From contig RSEE01000003.1 of NCBI GenBank assembly GCA_003971905.1, positions 1,116,001 to 1,180,000 of the forward strand: DNA of 64,000 nt. Direction: 5' to 3'. The position numbers and the translations under genes were made by a program. The notes below the pieces were generated by a model. The model had not been told where the DNA came from and searched no databases. It worked only from the letters and a program-made list of their open reading frames with translations. The stretch's first letter is position 1, and each line of letters opens with the position of its first letter. Source of the stretch: Moniliella sp. 'wahieum'. Its lineage: Eukaryota. Shown piece by piece: positions 52,943 to 64,000 of this stretch.

Positions 52943-53801
52943 TCGTGAGGAGGAAAACGGCGGTGGAGCAACGATTGAGCGGGTGGATCGAACACGCTGT
53001 GTCTCTGGCAAGTTGAATCCCCCACCGCCGGGGCCACAGCTGCCACACAACATGCCATGGAGCAGCCAGGGGCCCACACGGCCACAGGCGGAACTCGGGC
53101 TGATGTTGCAATTTCAGTGGCTTATTCCGGCCCCGCTGCATTGAGCATAGATAGGTACCTGGTTCAACTGAACGTTCAACCAACCTGCCTGTCAGCGATG
53201 TGACAGATGGCCAAGGGCCGACGACCGATGATAGATCAACGCCAGGCCAGCTCAAGCACAGATAAATCCAGCCCAACAGGACAGGTCCAATCTCCGTCGG
53301 CGGCGGGGCCGGCTAGCCCTGGTCTTATACTCCCCCGAGCCCGTGGCAGGAAAGGGTTAGCGGCGCTTACTGGTTACCAGCTTCGCACTTCTCCCGTATC
53401 AGGGCCAGAGCAGGCCACACAGGAAGCCATCGGTCATCGGACCCAAACGATCAATAGCATTCAATCTGTTCCTTCACGACCTGGGAAATCTCTATGCCTA
53501 CCGCGCACATGAGGGTGCCCAAGCCCACAGTTATGTGCAGTGGAAATGGCGCCTCAAGCTCAAGCTTCTCACACGAAAAGGGTTACCCAGGCATCAGGCC
53601 TCAGGGCAGCCGTCAGCCGGTCACGCTCTCTCTACGAGGACTGGCATCGACGGAGCATATGCCGCACACTCAATGCAGTTCCTCCTGAACCATATGTTCC
53701 TTCACTGAACCGCAACGAGGGAAGGCAATTCTCAATGGGGGTTCCCGTGATTATCGGTTACAGGCGACAACAAAGGGAGTAGGCTTTGCTGTATTCTAAT
53801 G

Positions 53802-53883
53802 TAGGGTTAGCACCGCAGCGATTTTTGAAAGTCGCGCTGTGCAAATTAATTGCGGTGATCGTCAGGAAATAACAAAACCCTAA
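53802..53883. promoter_or_regulatory. Pair of telomere-like (telo-box) motifs in the RPL12 promoter
   Basis: TAGGGTTAG at 53802-53810 and AAACCCTAA at 53875-53883, in opposite orientations, 75-155 bp upstream of the ATG. Confidence 0.55.
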
Positions 53884-53958
53884 TACCTTCGTGCACCGAG
53901 TCGAGTTGCGTGGCTACGCGTTCAAAGTTCATCGTTTCCCACCCAGCACTTGTTCAAG

Positions 53959-54522
53959 ATGGCGCCTAAGGCTGACCCCTCGATCCCTGTGACGGTGATC
54001 CTGCGTGCGACCGGTGGTGAGGTTGGTGCCTCCTCGGCGCTCGCGCCCAAGATTGGTCCCCTTGGTCTGGTATGTCCCCCCCCACCCTGTTCTGTCTGCA
54101 GACAGGAACATTACTGACTCTGATTCCATCACAACAGTCGCCCAAGAAGATTGGTGAGGACATTGCCAAGGCAACGGGCGAGTGGAAGGGTCTCCGCGTG
54201 ACGGTCAAGCTGGTTGTGCAGAACCGTCAGGCGGCGGTGTCGGTTGTGCCCTCGGCCTCTTCGCTTGTCATCCGCGCGCTCAAGGAGCCCCCCCGTGACC
54301 GCAAAAAGGAGAAGAACATCAAGCACGGCGGCAACATCCCCTTCGACGAGATTGTCGAGATTGCGCGCACCATGCGCCCCCGCTCTTTCGCCAAGGACCT
54401 CTCGGGTGTGGTGAAGGAGATCTCGGCACTGCCCAGTCGGTCGGGTGCCGCGTCGACCGCCGCCCACCCCACGACATTATCGACGCCATCAACGAGGGCG
54501 AGATTGAGGTCCCTCAGAGTAA
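53959..54522 (+). CDS. RPL12: 60S ribosomal protein L12 (uL11)
   Basis: [83 protein letters not shown]; intron 54070-54137. Confidence 0.98.
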
Positions 54523-55338
54523 GCCATTGTGCGTGAGCGGCTCTTTTGGAGGATACAAGATGGCCTTGTAATGGTTTGCGTCTGGCCCTCTTTTTCTCCT
54601 CCATACATGTGCCACTTCATGGCACTGGCACACCGAAAATATATGGCGCATGACCATGCGTTGCTTGCTTCTAGCCATCGTAGTGTGAGGATTACTCAAC
54701 CGAGATGTGCCCCGGGCGCAGTATCGTATCCGTTCCCTTAGTATCGGGATCTCTTTTGCTTGAAAGATGGGGCGATGAATAAGGTGGGTGCTACAGACAA
54801 CTTTACGGGGCCCATATGCTGAGTCTCTTGTATAGGGCAACTGGTGAATTTGCCGGATGAATTTCTGGCTAATAACTTTGATGCATGGCTCCCACACATT
54901 CCACGTTCAGCAAGCTTCTCATCATCATGCGCCTCACCATGCTATGTGCCATCACCAAGCGCAGTATATCTACGGGCCATTCCAGGTTTGGCAATTGTGA
55001 AGTTACAGACAATCATCGTCTATAAGTAGCCCGCCATTCATCAAAGAAACAGTGCCGCTACATGGCACTACGGATGGAACATGCCACAATCAGACCCTGC
55101 ATAAATGTAGTATTGCATGTCTGAACTGCTGTACGAGAGAGACTGCACACCCCAGTGAAGGCACACTACTAACGAGAGACTTATGTTCAGCTGAAGGGAG
55201 AAAATTGATTGAAGGCATGCATCAATTGACGTTCTGCATTGCAGAATGAACGCAGGTTGACTAGTCGTATGGACAAGTGGGGGCACGAAGGAATTGGCCC
55301 AAGAGTCGTGGAAGGTGTGGGGAGAGCGCAAAACGAAA

Positions 55339-57951
55339 TTAGCTCGATCCCGAGGAGGCTGGGATGGGGTTGGGCAGCCATTGGCCGTTAGGGGCAGGCG
55401 CAAATCCATTGGCAGGAGGCACTTTGTTGAGCAAAGTGCCCAAGCCCTGCAGGTTGTTGCCTTCCACTCTGTTGCCCCACCACAAGTTCTCGCCATTGAA
55501 TGCGTTGTCGACGGCAAGCAAACGCGTGTTAGGCACCTCGAGACAGAGCGAGATAAGGAACGACATGATGGCCGCGCCAGCGTCGAAGCCGGCCGAGATA
55601 AGGTAGTTGTAGTCCGACCAGAACTCGAAGTAGTGACGACGGAGGAAGTACTGGAAGAACCAGCCGACAACGAACCACGAGGTGAAGTTGATACCCGTAG
55701 CAGGGGGCATCATACCCGTGCAGCTGAGGAATACGGGCCAGTTGATCAGGCGCACCCAGGAGTTGGGGTACTTCTTGGCAAGCAGCCAGGTCGGCACAGG
55801 AAGCAAGCACCAATGATGAACATGATGTTCAGTGCACCGTAGGTCTGGCCCACAGCGAAGGTACGTCCAGGTCCAATCAGACCCCAGATGATACTCGCAG
55901 AGTAGAAGGTGTGTTGAGAAGCGCAGACAAAGTGCGCGGGGCTGATCTTCTCGTTGGGGTTGATACCGCACAGGTTACGCGTCGAGCCAAAGAGGAAGGC
56001 AGTGACGCAACTTGGACGAGACACGCCCAGATGGTAGAGATGACCTGGGCATAGAACATGTCGCGGGGGGATCTTCATGTAGTGACCCAGCTTGAGGTCA
56101 CTCACGAACGTGACGGCTTGCGCCATCGAAATGTAGCCAAACGTCTTGAAAATCATCATGGCAACAGGACGGCCGGGCAGAGCGTAACCCACAATCATCT
56201 CAGCAATCACGTTGAGGCCGGGCGTGTTGGAAGTCACAGCAGTAATGATTCCAATGGGGATGGTGTAAATCGCACTCATCAGGACGGCAATGATGAAGAG
56301 CCAGATGGGCAGATCGGTTTGGTAGCAGTAGATAGCAGGAACAGCCATGGCGAAAGATGCCAAGAAAGTAAGCAAGTACCAGTAGTACGGAACCTCCTTG
56401 TAGCGAGCCATGAGGCGGGCGTGGATGTCGGGCTCCTCCGTAAGAGAGCGCTTGAACTGGCGAGCAATGTCCTTGCCGTAGTAAAGGCCAACCTGAGTCA
56501 GGTACTGTAACAGTAAAAAGTCAGTCAGTGGTTCAAACTTCATACAACATGAAGGATGCACGTACCTAGTGATCACACCAAAGCCGACAGCGTAGGAGAT
56601 CATGAACGTAGCCGAAAGGTACTCCTTGGAGGGTGTTGTACTTCTCCTCGTCCAACTCGAACCGGTCGTTAACCACATAGTCAACCGAGTATTCGTTGCC
56701 AAAGCGGTCGTAAATGCCAGAACTGCTGAACGTGAAGTAACCAGTGTACCGGGCATTGGTGGCCCAAAGAATGGGGGACACAAAGCCGATGATAACAACG
56801 TAGCCAACGAAGGTGTTGACAATGGCAAACCAGGGCTGGTAAATAGGCGACAGCAGAGCACTAGTAACCTGGAGCCAGTCGAACGAGATGAAGTTGAAGC
56901 CAATACCGCCCGAGCCTCCGAAGACAACGTTAACACCCTTGTTGTTGGGAGCCGCCCAGCAAGGCCAGGAGAAGACGCCGAGACCAGTGAACAAGTAAGT
57001 GGGAACGACCTCCCAGACAAACATGATGAGCGCGGCAACAGAGAACATCTTGAAACGAGACCATCCACGGAAAGAGCCAACCTTAGCCTTCTCGTGCATC
57101 GAGCTCAGGAAGGCAGTTTGAGTCAAGTTCGAGGGCCAGATCATGGAAGCGGGCCAGACCAGAACTTGACGGCTAAAGCCAGCAAACGAGAACCCAATCA
57201 TCTGAGTCGAAAGCGTAAGAAGGATCATGTAACCCGCAGAGAGGTGCTGACGGTAGTACGCGTGCTGCGTGATAAAGATGTCCGTGGAATAGGCCGTGCC
57301 GACACCGACAGTCGACATGATAGAGATCATGGTGTGTTCCTTGATGTTAAAGGGCCAGGGTTGACCCAGTCGGCAAGCGGCCAATTGCGAGGGTAGGGGA
57401 TCTTGGACATGAACACTCCGATCGGGTATGCAACCAGTTGCACGGCAATAGGGGGGAAGGTAACGGTAGGCCACTGCACGACAGATGAATATTAGTTACG
57501 CTGAAAGATCATGCAACTGTGACAACATCATGCAAGGACGTACCTGGGGAGAGAAATACATGTTGATACCACTCAACACCGTGCAAGCAATCATACCCAT
57601 GAACCAAGCGCGGAAGGTGTTGGCCCGCATGGTGGGGTCGTCGACGTTGCTCACAGCGGCGCGAACTTCAGGGTAGATGGAGTCGTCCTCGATCACATCC
57701 TCGAGACGCAGCTCCGCTTTCTGATCGCCCTTGGCCAACGCGCGGTCAGCTTCACGCAGCAAGGCGGGATCCAAGTTAGGGTCATTGAGGCGGCCATCGG
57801 TAATCTCGTGGCGAATGTCCGCCTCGATGCCACCGAAAGCAGCTTCATGATCGGCCAAGTACTGGGGCTGTTGGCGCTCGAGATCAGGGAGGACAGGCAC
57901 GTCGCTCGCGACGTCCTTGACGTCGTCCTTCTCTGGGTAAGGACTAGCCAT
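55339..57951 (-). CDS. OPT-family oligopeptide transporter
   Basis: EDDSIYPEVRAAVSNVDDP..TFRAW, PFNIKEHT, WPASMIWPSNL, SFDWLQV, PDIHARLMARYKEVP, GLNVIAEMIVGYALPGRP, FVSDLKLGHYMKIPPR, SASIIWGLIGP, YNYLISAGFDAG; two introns. Confidence 0.97.
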
Positions 57952-58017
57952 GGCGGAGGAAGGGTGGGTGGTGAGTTGGGTGGTAAGGAAAGGCAAAGGC
58001 TTGCCTCTGGGTGGGGA

Positions 58018-58025
58018 TTTATATA
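58018..58025 (-). promoter_or_regulatory. Putative TATA box of the OPT gene
   Basis: TATATAAA on the minus strand about 70 bp upstream of the ATG at 57951. Confidence 0.6.
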
Positions 58026-61000
58026 CAGGGAATCCTTGCGTGCTCCCGCCTGCTGATACCGGAATTGGACGAGCCACCGCTGAGCCACTGGCGAACCCAC
58101 GTAGTCATCTGCGAGCCCCTGCGAAAACACGGGTTCATCTGAACGAATGTGACCTTCTAGACCACCCGAGGCACACTGTGCCAGATCGAGGCGAGGCCAT
58201 TTCAGTATGAGACAGCGGGGGGGGCTCTCAGGTGGCGAGTGCGGTGGGCGACGAACGGTGGACAACGTTGGGTTGCTGGTACTCATCGATCATCGATCAT
58301 CACTGTGGGTCTGTGGATAGGCGATGACTGTGACAGAGATACGAGTTCGCAGTAGCATGTGTCGGCGACCTTGGTGGGGAGCTCAGTGCCCCCGTGCCCC
58401 CACCAACGGTGCTCACCCACACCGACTCGATCATCGCAAACACCACGGCCTGAGGCAGAGCAGGCCATAGTCCTGCATAGCCTGGCCAACGAGCGCCGAA
58501 TGACTAATCCCAGCAATGGCTGAGGGCCTGAGCGCCTGGGTGCCAGCACACGTTGGATGTCCAGGAACGCCGTTTCTGGTTCTGTCCCGAAGGACGAAGA
58601 TGATCCGGCGAAGACACCCAAGACTACGCTAGTCCCGCGCCACGGATCAATATAGCTATCGCGCAAGCCTCAGGAACATCCCTGGACGAGGCGTGGTTGG
58701 TCGACACTGTTATCGTGCGGGGGTGTGTTATCCATATGCTATCGCGCCGATCACATCCATCACCACCTGTTTGCATGATTGGCTCGGTGACAGTGACCTG
58801 TGACCTCGTCACCCGAGTGTGGCCGTCGCACAGCGCCTGTGGGAATGTGCTGCTCTGCACCATATGGCCCGACGGTTTCTCATCTTTTCATTTCAAACGA
58901 TTCTTGGCACAGCAACGCTCAGCGCAGTAGTTCGGTTGGAACCGTGGTGGCTTATCTTCGGGAAAACAATGCCGGCGCGGCTGCCATGCCTCAGCGCCTC
59001 GTCCTGCCCGGCTGGGCGGCTGAGCTGAGCTTCGGAGCACGCGCGCCACAGCCTGCCGTAGTGCATAGCAGGCCATCGCCTGACGCGCTGACGCCAGCCT
59101 AGGTGATGCTCAGGCCTGCTCAGGCTCGACGAGCGCTGCGGTTGAGCCTGATTGAGCGCGTCCCAGATCCCACCAGGTCCCAACGCGCAGCGTGCTGGCT
59201 CTGGCCATCAATGCATCACATGGCATATGCCCGCAGCACCACCACATGGCTGTTCGGATGCCACGGCAAGGCCACACCGGTCACGCGGAAAAGGACCGCA
59301 TGGTTCTACGGTTCGTCCAATTTGTCCGCATTCCCCACCTTTAAGCTTTGGCGGTGATATATGGACGAGGGGCAGACACGCTTCTCACTAGCGCAGAGGA
59401 GGCAGAAGGACCCACACGTTACTTCTATATTGCCGCAGGCCCTTCGTCACAGAGATATGCCGAAGCACTGTCACATTGCATTGTCACATGTGGACAACAG
59501 ACGCATGACCCTGTTTCGGAAATTGGACACGCTGTTACAGGACGGCGGAGTCGAAAATGGGGGTGTATGGCAACGGCACTGTTGCAACAAGCTACAGTTT
59601 GTTGCAGTTCGCCACATTATCGTCGGCAATCCGCGCAGACGCAGAAAGCTAGGGGGGAACATACATTCTGAGTATGGAAGGCGTGGACAACGACGGCTTC
59701 CAGCACACCGCTCCACCCACAGGGGGTAAAGAGGCGGGGGCGTAGCGGGGTCGCGAAAAAGTCGCACATGGATATCCAGTTAAGCGGTACCCTCGATGAA
59801 TTAGTGATCCTCAGGCCTCACGCGAATATACCGCGTACCGGCCAGACCCCCATATGGCCGATGTGGTACCAGTCTCGGCGTACACAGCCTGCATGTGCAT
59901 GTCTGCGGGTCCCGCCAGGGTCACGCCGGTCAGGCCGGCCACGGCAGATCCCGGCAGGCCTCGGCGCAATTTTCTATGTATACCGCACAGTACTGGGCAG
60001 TACTCAGGTACACAGTGTGTCCTCAGTATTCCATGTGTTTAATCTATCACCGTTCAGCGTGATCATCGACCAACTGTAGAGTACTCTGTGCATACGGGCT
60101 GCCCCACTATATCTCTCAGAAAGAAGTTTCCGAATCGCAGATAGTGTGGAGGAGACCGCGACTCATACGTGCGAGATAACTCGATTAGCACCCGAATTGT
60201 GTGTTTGTCAAGCGTCAAACGTTTCGGTATCTTGCTCAAAAAAACGTGTCTTTTGCCACCCTCTTATAGATCAGAGAACCATTATTGCACCCCAGCGTTT
60301 TCTCATTCTGGTTTATCTCGATATGATAGTTGTGGGTCGCAGTACTCTATCCCTCGCGTCCACAGCGAGTTGCTGAAGCTGCCAGTTGCGAGCCGCGAAA
60401 AGTGAAGCCGTTCCAGGTCGTATTGAACGTTAAACGTTCCTGAATGTTTTGAGCTCTCGAGCGCGCTCAGCCTGAGCGCTCCCACCGCAGCATTCAACCA
60501 GCGCTCAACGCAACGTGCTCTGGAATAAGGCGTTCCTCCAAACGAGGGCTTCAGATCCAGGTCTGATGGTTGTGGTGCATTATAAGATGGAGGTTTTTCA
60601 TTTAACTCAAAAGGCTACCTCTCGTCTAAATCCCTCTGCTTGGGCGCTCGACCGCCGTTCCACACCGTCCACCGTCCACCGTCCCACCGTCCCACCGTCC
60701 ACAGTTTCACCGTGCACTGATCCATCGTCCACAGTATGGTTGGCTGTAAAAGTCATTGGTAGTATGGGCAACAAGTAATACAGAGGTGCGATATATACAC
60801 CACACAGCGTGTGACGTTTGCTGATATGCGAACCAAAAATTGGGAGACCGCAGTGGAGTCGCCAGCAGATCGGGACTCTCCTCTGGCTCTCGCCATAGAC
60901 TTCCAAAAAGCGAATGAGCCCGAATGAATATGAGAATGAGAGCATGGTAGAGACATGCGAGCGACAATGAACCACATTGCATCTCCAATGAGAAATCATG

Positions 61001-62368
61001 TTTTGGCAATGTTGGTGGCAAAGTACCCGTTAAGTCGTCATGACCCGAGGAAACAGTGGCCATTGATAGCGTCCGTCGAATACTTGGAGTTCTTGTCTTT
61101 GCTTTCCGCTTGCTCCAGCAGGCGATGTAGATTCATTTCTGCTGTGGCGTTCCTCACATGTCACACGAGCGCGTCAGGTCCCATCACTCGGCAGTCCGTA
61201 TAATATGCCTGGGCTTTATCCCGTCCGTCTGGGGTATCGTCCTTCCTCACATATCGGCAATAGAAATAGACCAAAAAAGACTATAAGTAGTATATATACA
61301 TGTGAAGCACAACACTCCCCACAGTACATATGCCAACGTGTGTTGTATTGCACACAAAAAGTCTGAACGAGAAGTGTATAGATGTTAATCTTTCTCGGCA
61401 TCAACGGTCTAGGCAAGAGCTCAAAAATCCCTGTGGCTTCCCACAATGATCCGTCTGGTTTTTCGCCACGGTCGTTCTTTGCGTGTCTCTGTGCTTGCGC
61501 GCATCCTTCACACTCTTGTTGTTTTCTCTGTGGATCTCTGAGATAACCAAGTATAATAGTTGATGGCAATAATAATTCGCACATGGGCGCCATATTTTCT
61601 TGTACACATGACCTCTCTCTCTGTGTTATTGTATCACCACAATGGTACTAGCCCTCTGGTTCCCTTCAGTGCATATTGGTTCCGATGTTGATCCTACACG
61701 GAGAGCATTGCAGGAATAATCTCTAGCCTCTTCTGCATAGTTCATGCGCGCAATGCACAGCCTATGCTCTCCGTGCTGTGGCCTTCCACGCCGAGAGGTA
61801 CTAATATAGTGCATCTCTTCTATATTATGGCGCATACTTGTGTTGAGTGCATTCCACTTAAGGCCTACCTGGCGCACGATCGGACTTGAGTCCACAGTAG
61901 AGTAACTACCGTTCCATCTATAGTCCACCGTTTCATAATAGGTCATCGTATGATCAAGAAGGGGGTGCACCAAACGTGGCGCATGGGCCTGTGAGATAGA
62001 AGTGCTATAGGGTTCTTGCTCGGCCCTCAAGTTGATCGCAGTGACGCTCTCTTAGTCGGGCGGAGGGGTTCCTTTCGCAAGCATCAACACAGCGCACCCC
62101 CTTCCCCTGCTCGCTCCATCTCTCTGCTCTGTGTGTCTCCTGTCTCCTTATTCCTCAGACGTTGCTTGAAAAGATGTGGCTCACCGTTTTGCTTCCACAG
62201 GCATCACGTCTTGTTTGAAGGCTCCGCCTCCGTTTAGGAGATGTCCCCGAGTGTTCGCAAATCGTACTCTACTTGTAGTAGTATTGGCATGCTTTGCATT
62301 TGAAACCCGGCGGTTTCTACACCCTGAGAGAAGAGCCCCTTATCCCTCTGTCATGTTATACCCCGCGG

Positions 62369-62392
62369 TTACCGGTTATGCATGATGCATGA
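62369..62392. repeat. Heptamer array TTA-CCGG-TTA-TGCA-TGA-TGCA-TGA
   Basis: ttaccggttatgcatgatgcatga read directly. Confidence 0.85.
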
Positions 62393-62730
62393 TGGCATAG
62401 ATCGTGAGACCTGAGGAACAGAATTCATGGCGGCCCCAACGCCGCTAGCGCCCGCCGCGCAGACCGAGCACCGAGCGCGCGCGCTGAGTTAGTTGTCTTG
62501 GGGCCACTGTGGTAGCTCTGTAAATTATCTAATCGTCCCCGCCTTGCGGCAAGCATTGTGGAAATGAAAGTATGAACTTGGTGATTCGATTATTATCGCC
62601 GCACAATGCGGCGGTCTCTCCTGTAGATATAGCTATCGTGGCCAGGCACTCTCCCCACCCAAAACAGCAATGCGCCCCCAGGCTTTTAGCAAGCTATCTC
62701 TTTTGCGCTCGCCCACCACCCGCGACCATC

Positions 62731-63728
62731 ATGCCTATTCAACGCACAGCTACCGCTATCGAAGCCTCCAAGGGAGAGCAAAGCCTTCGGATCGAGTTAC
62801 GGGGCGCACGAATTGTTTCCTTTGTCAGCCAAGGGCGGGAGGTCCTGTTCATGCCAACGGCGTACTCTTCGGAGTTTGGTGGGATCCCACTCTGTTGCCC
62901 TGTCTTTGGAAATCCTCGTGCTTGGCCATCCTGGAGACAAGAAGAAGCCCAAAAGGCAGGCGTGGACCTGGCTACTATGCCGCTCCATGGTTTTGTGCGG
63001 GACATGGATTTTTCCCCACGAGAGCTTAACGAGACTGACGAGCGCGTCACAGTTTCGCTTGGTTTGGAGATGCCTGCCCAGTCAGGGTTTTTTCCGCTGA
63101 GCTTGCAGTATGATGTGTATGTGAATTTCTCTTTGAATCCAACGTCCGACAGGGCCGAAAGAAGTACAGGAATAGTCCTAACCCTCCTCCGTGTCGCAGA
63201 ACAATCGACTGCGGACCTAGTTTGAAGATGAGCCTTTCGGTGTACAATCCCACACACAACGAAATTGGCTTCAATGCTCTTTTCCACACTTACCTTCTTT
63301 CTCCTCCCGGTGAGCGCACAGTCAAGGGATTGCAGGGCAAGTTCTTCGACGCAACCAATTCTTGGCAGGAGGGCTTCAACTCCGAAGAGGCTCTACCAAT
63401 TGATATGGAGAAGGGATCCGATGCTGTCTTCCCTTCCGCGTCTACCGCAGGAAAGAAGACGGTGACATTGCATGATTCACGTGGGGTTGTGCAGGTCTGC
63501 ACCGAGGGAGGGGGGGATGTTACACTGTGGGTTCCGGGTAAAGAATTGCAGCCTGAGTTGGGCATCGGCGCGGCCGATGGGTTTGTCTGTATTGAGCCGG
63601 GCAAATTTGGGTTTGCTCCTGTGCATCCAGGGGAAACGGTAAGTTTGAAGCCGAAGCAAAGAAGAAGTGTGCTAACCGCTACTCACTCTCGACAGTGGAA
63701 AGTGACCCAAACACTCACACCCAATTAA
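62731..63728 (+). CDS. Glucose-6-phosphate 1-epimerase / aldose-1-epimerase superfamily protein, 3 exons
   Basis: GARIVSF..GREVLF, GGIPLCCPVFG, HGFVR, ALFHTYL, TLWVP, FVCIEPG; introns ~63117-63199 and ~63639-63695 with CTAAC branch sites. Confidence 0.85.
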
Positions 63729-64000
63729 CGGGGGCGATACGGTATAATTTCATGGAATTACTAAGAAGAAGAAGAAGAGTCGATCATGGGGTACGGGGGT
63801 GAGAAGGGAGAGGGAGACATAGGAGGGAAACACTCGTATGCCACCTAGCGCCAGTAGGGGTGATAATTTGGAATGGGTTCCAGGCAGGTTCGCTCCTGTG
63901 CTCTCCCCCCCACGCGAGATTCGCTGGCCTGAGGCTCCGTAGAAACAGTTATGAGAAGGCGAGCCTGGATGGTACCCGAAGGGGTGAAGCAGTTATCTTA

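Noticed and set aside
55339..63728. OPT transporter plus epimerase as a metabolic or secondary-metabolite cluster
   Set aside because: No backbone biosynthetic enzyme and no functional link is evident; neighbours are housekeeping genes.

Overview
GC-rich, gene-dense, intron-poor fungal (basidiomycete-like) nuclear DNA. Introns are short GT-AG with CTRAC branch sites and frequent GTACGT/GTATGT/GTAAGT donors. Most CDSs carry apparent 1-bp frameshifts, typical of an unpolished long-read consensus, so gene ends are approximate. Recognisable genes in order: uracil phosphoribosyltransferase, eIF2B-alpha, SRPK/Sky1 kinase, Vps54 with a very long low-complexity tail, AP-3 sigma, Nup2/Nup50-like FG nucleoporin, Zn2Cys6 transcription factor, MGRN1-like RING ligase, JMJD6-like JmjC protein, Exp1-like two-box HMG protein (preceded by a partial duplicate of its own 5' end), Smc6, Trm2, Utp6, Nur1/Mug154, Tda10-like kinase, Rpl12, an OPT oligopeptide transporter and a hexose-6-phosphate epimerase-like gene, plus two orphan ORFs. 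The most unusual signal is non-coding. Nearly every upstream/intergenic region holds 7-bp-period arrays built as T-N-A plus a 4-bp palindrome, and the palindrome often changes mid-array without losing register. This grammar fits repeated 7-bp duplications with hairpin-type (fold-back) junctions. Also present are two Helitron-like 3' ends flanking the Zn2Cys6 gene and a decayed tRNA-Leu-like sequence inside the densest array field.
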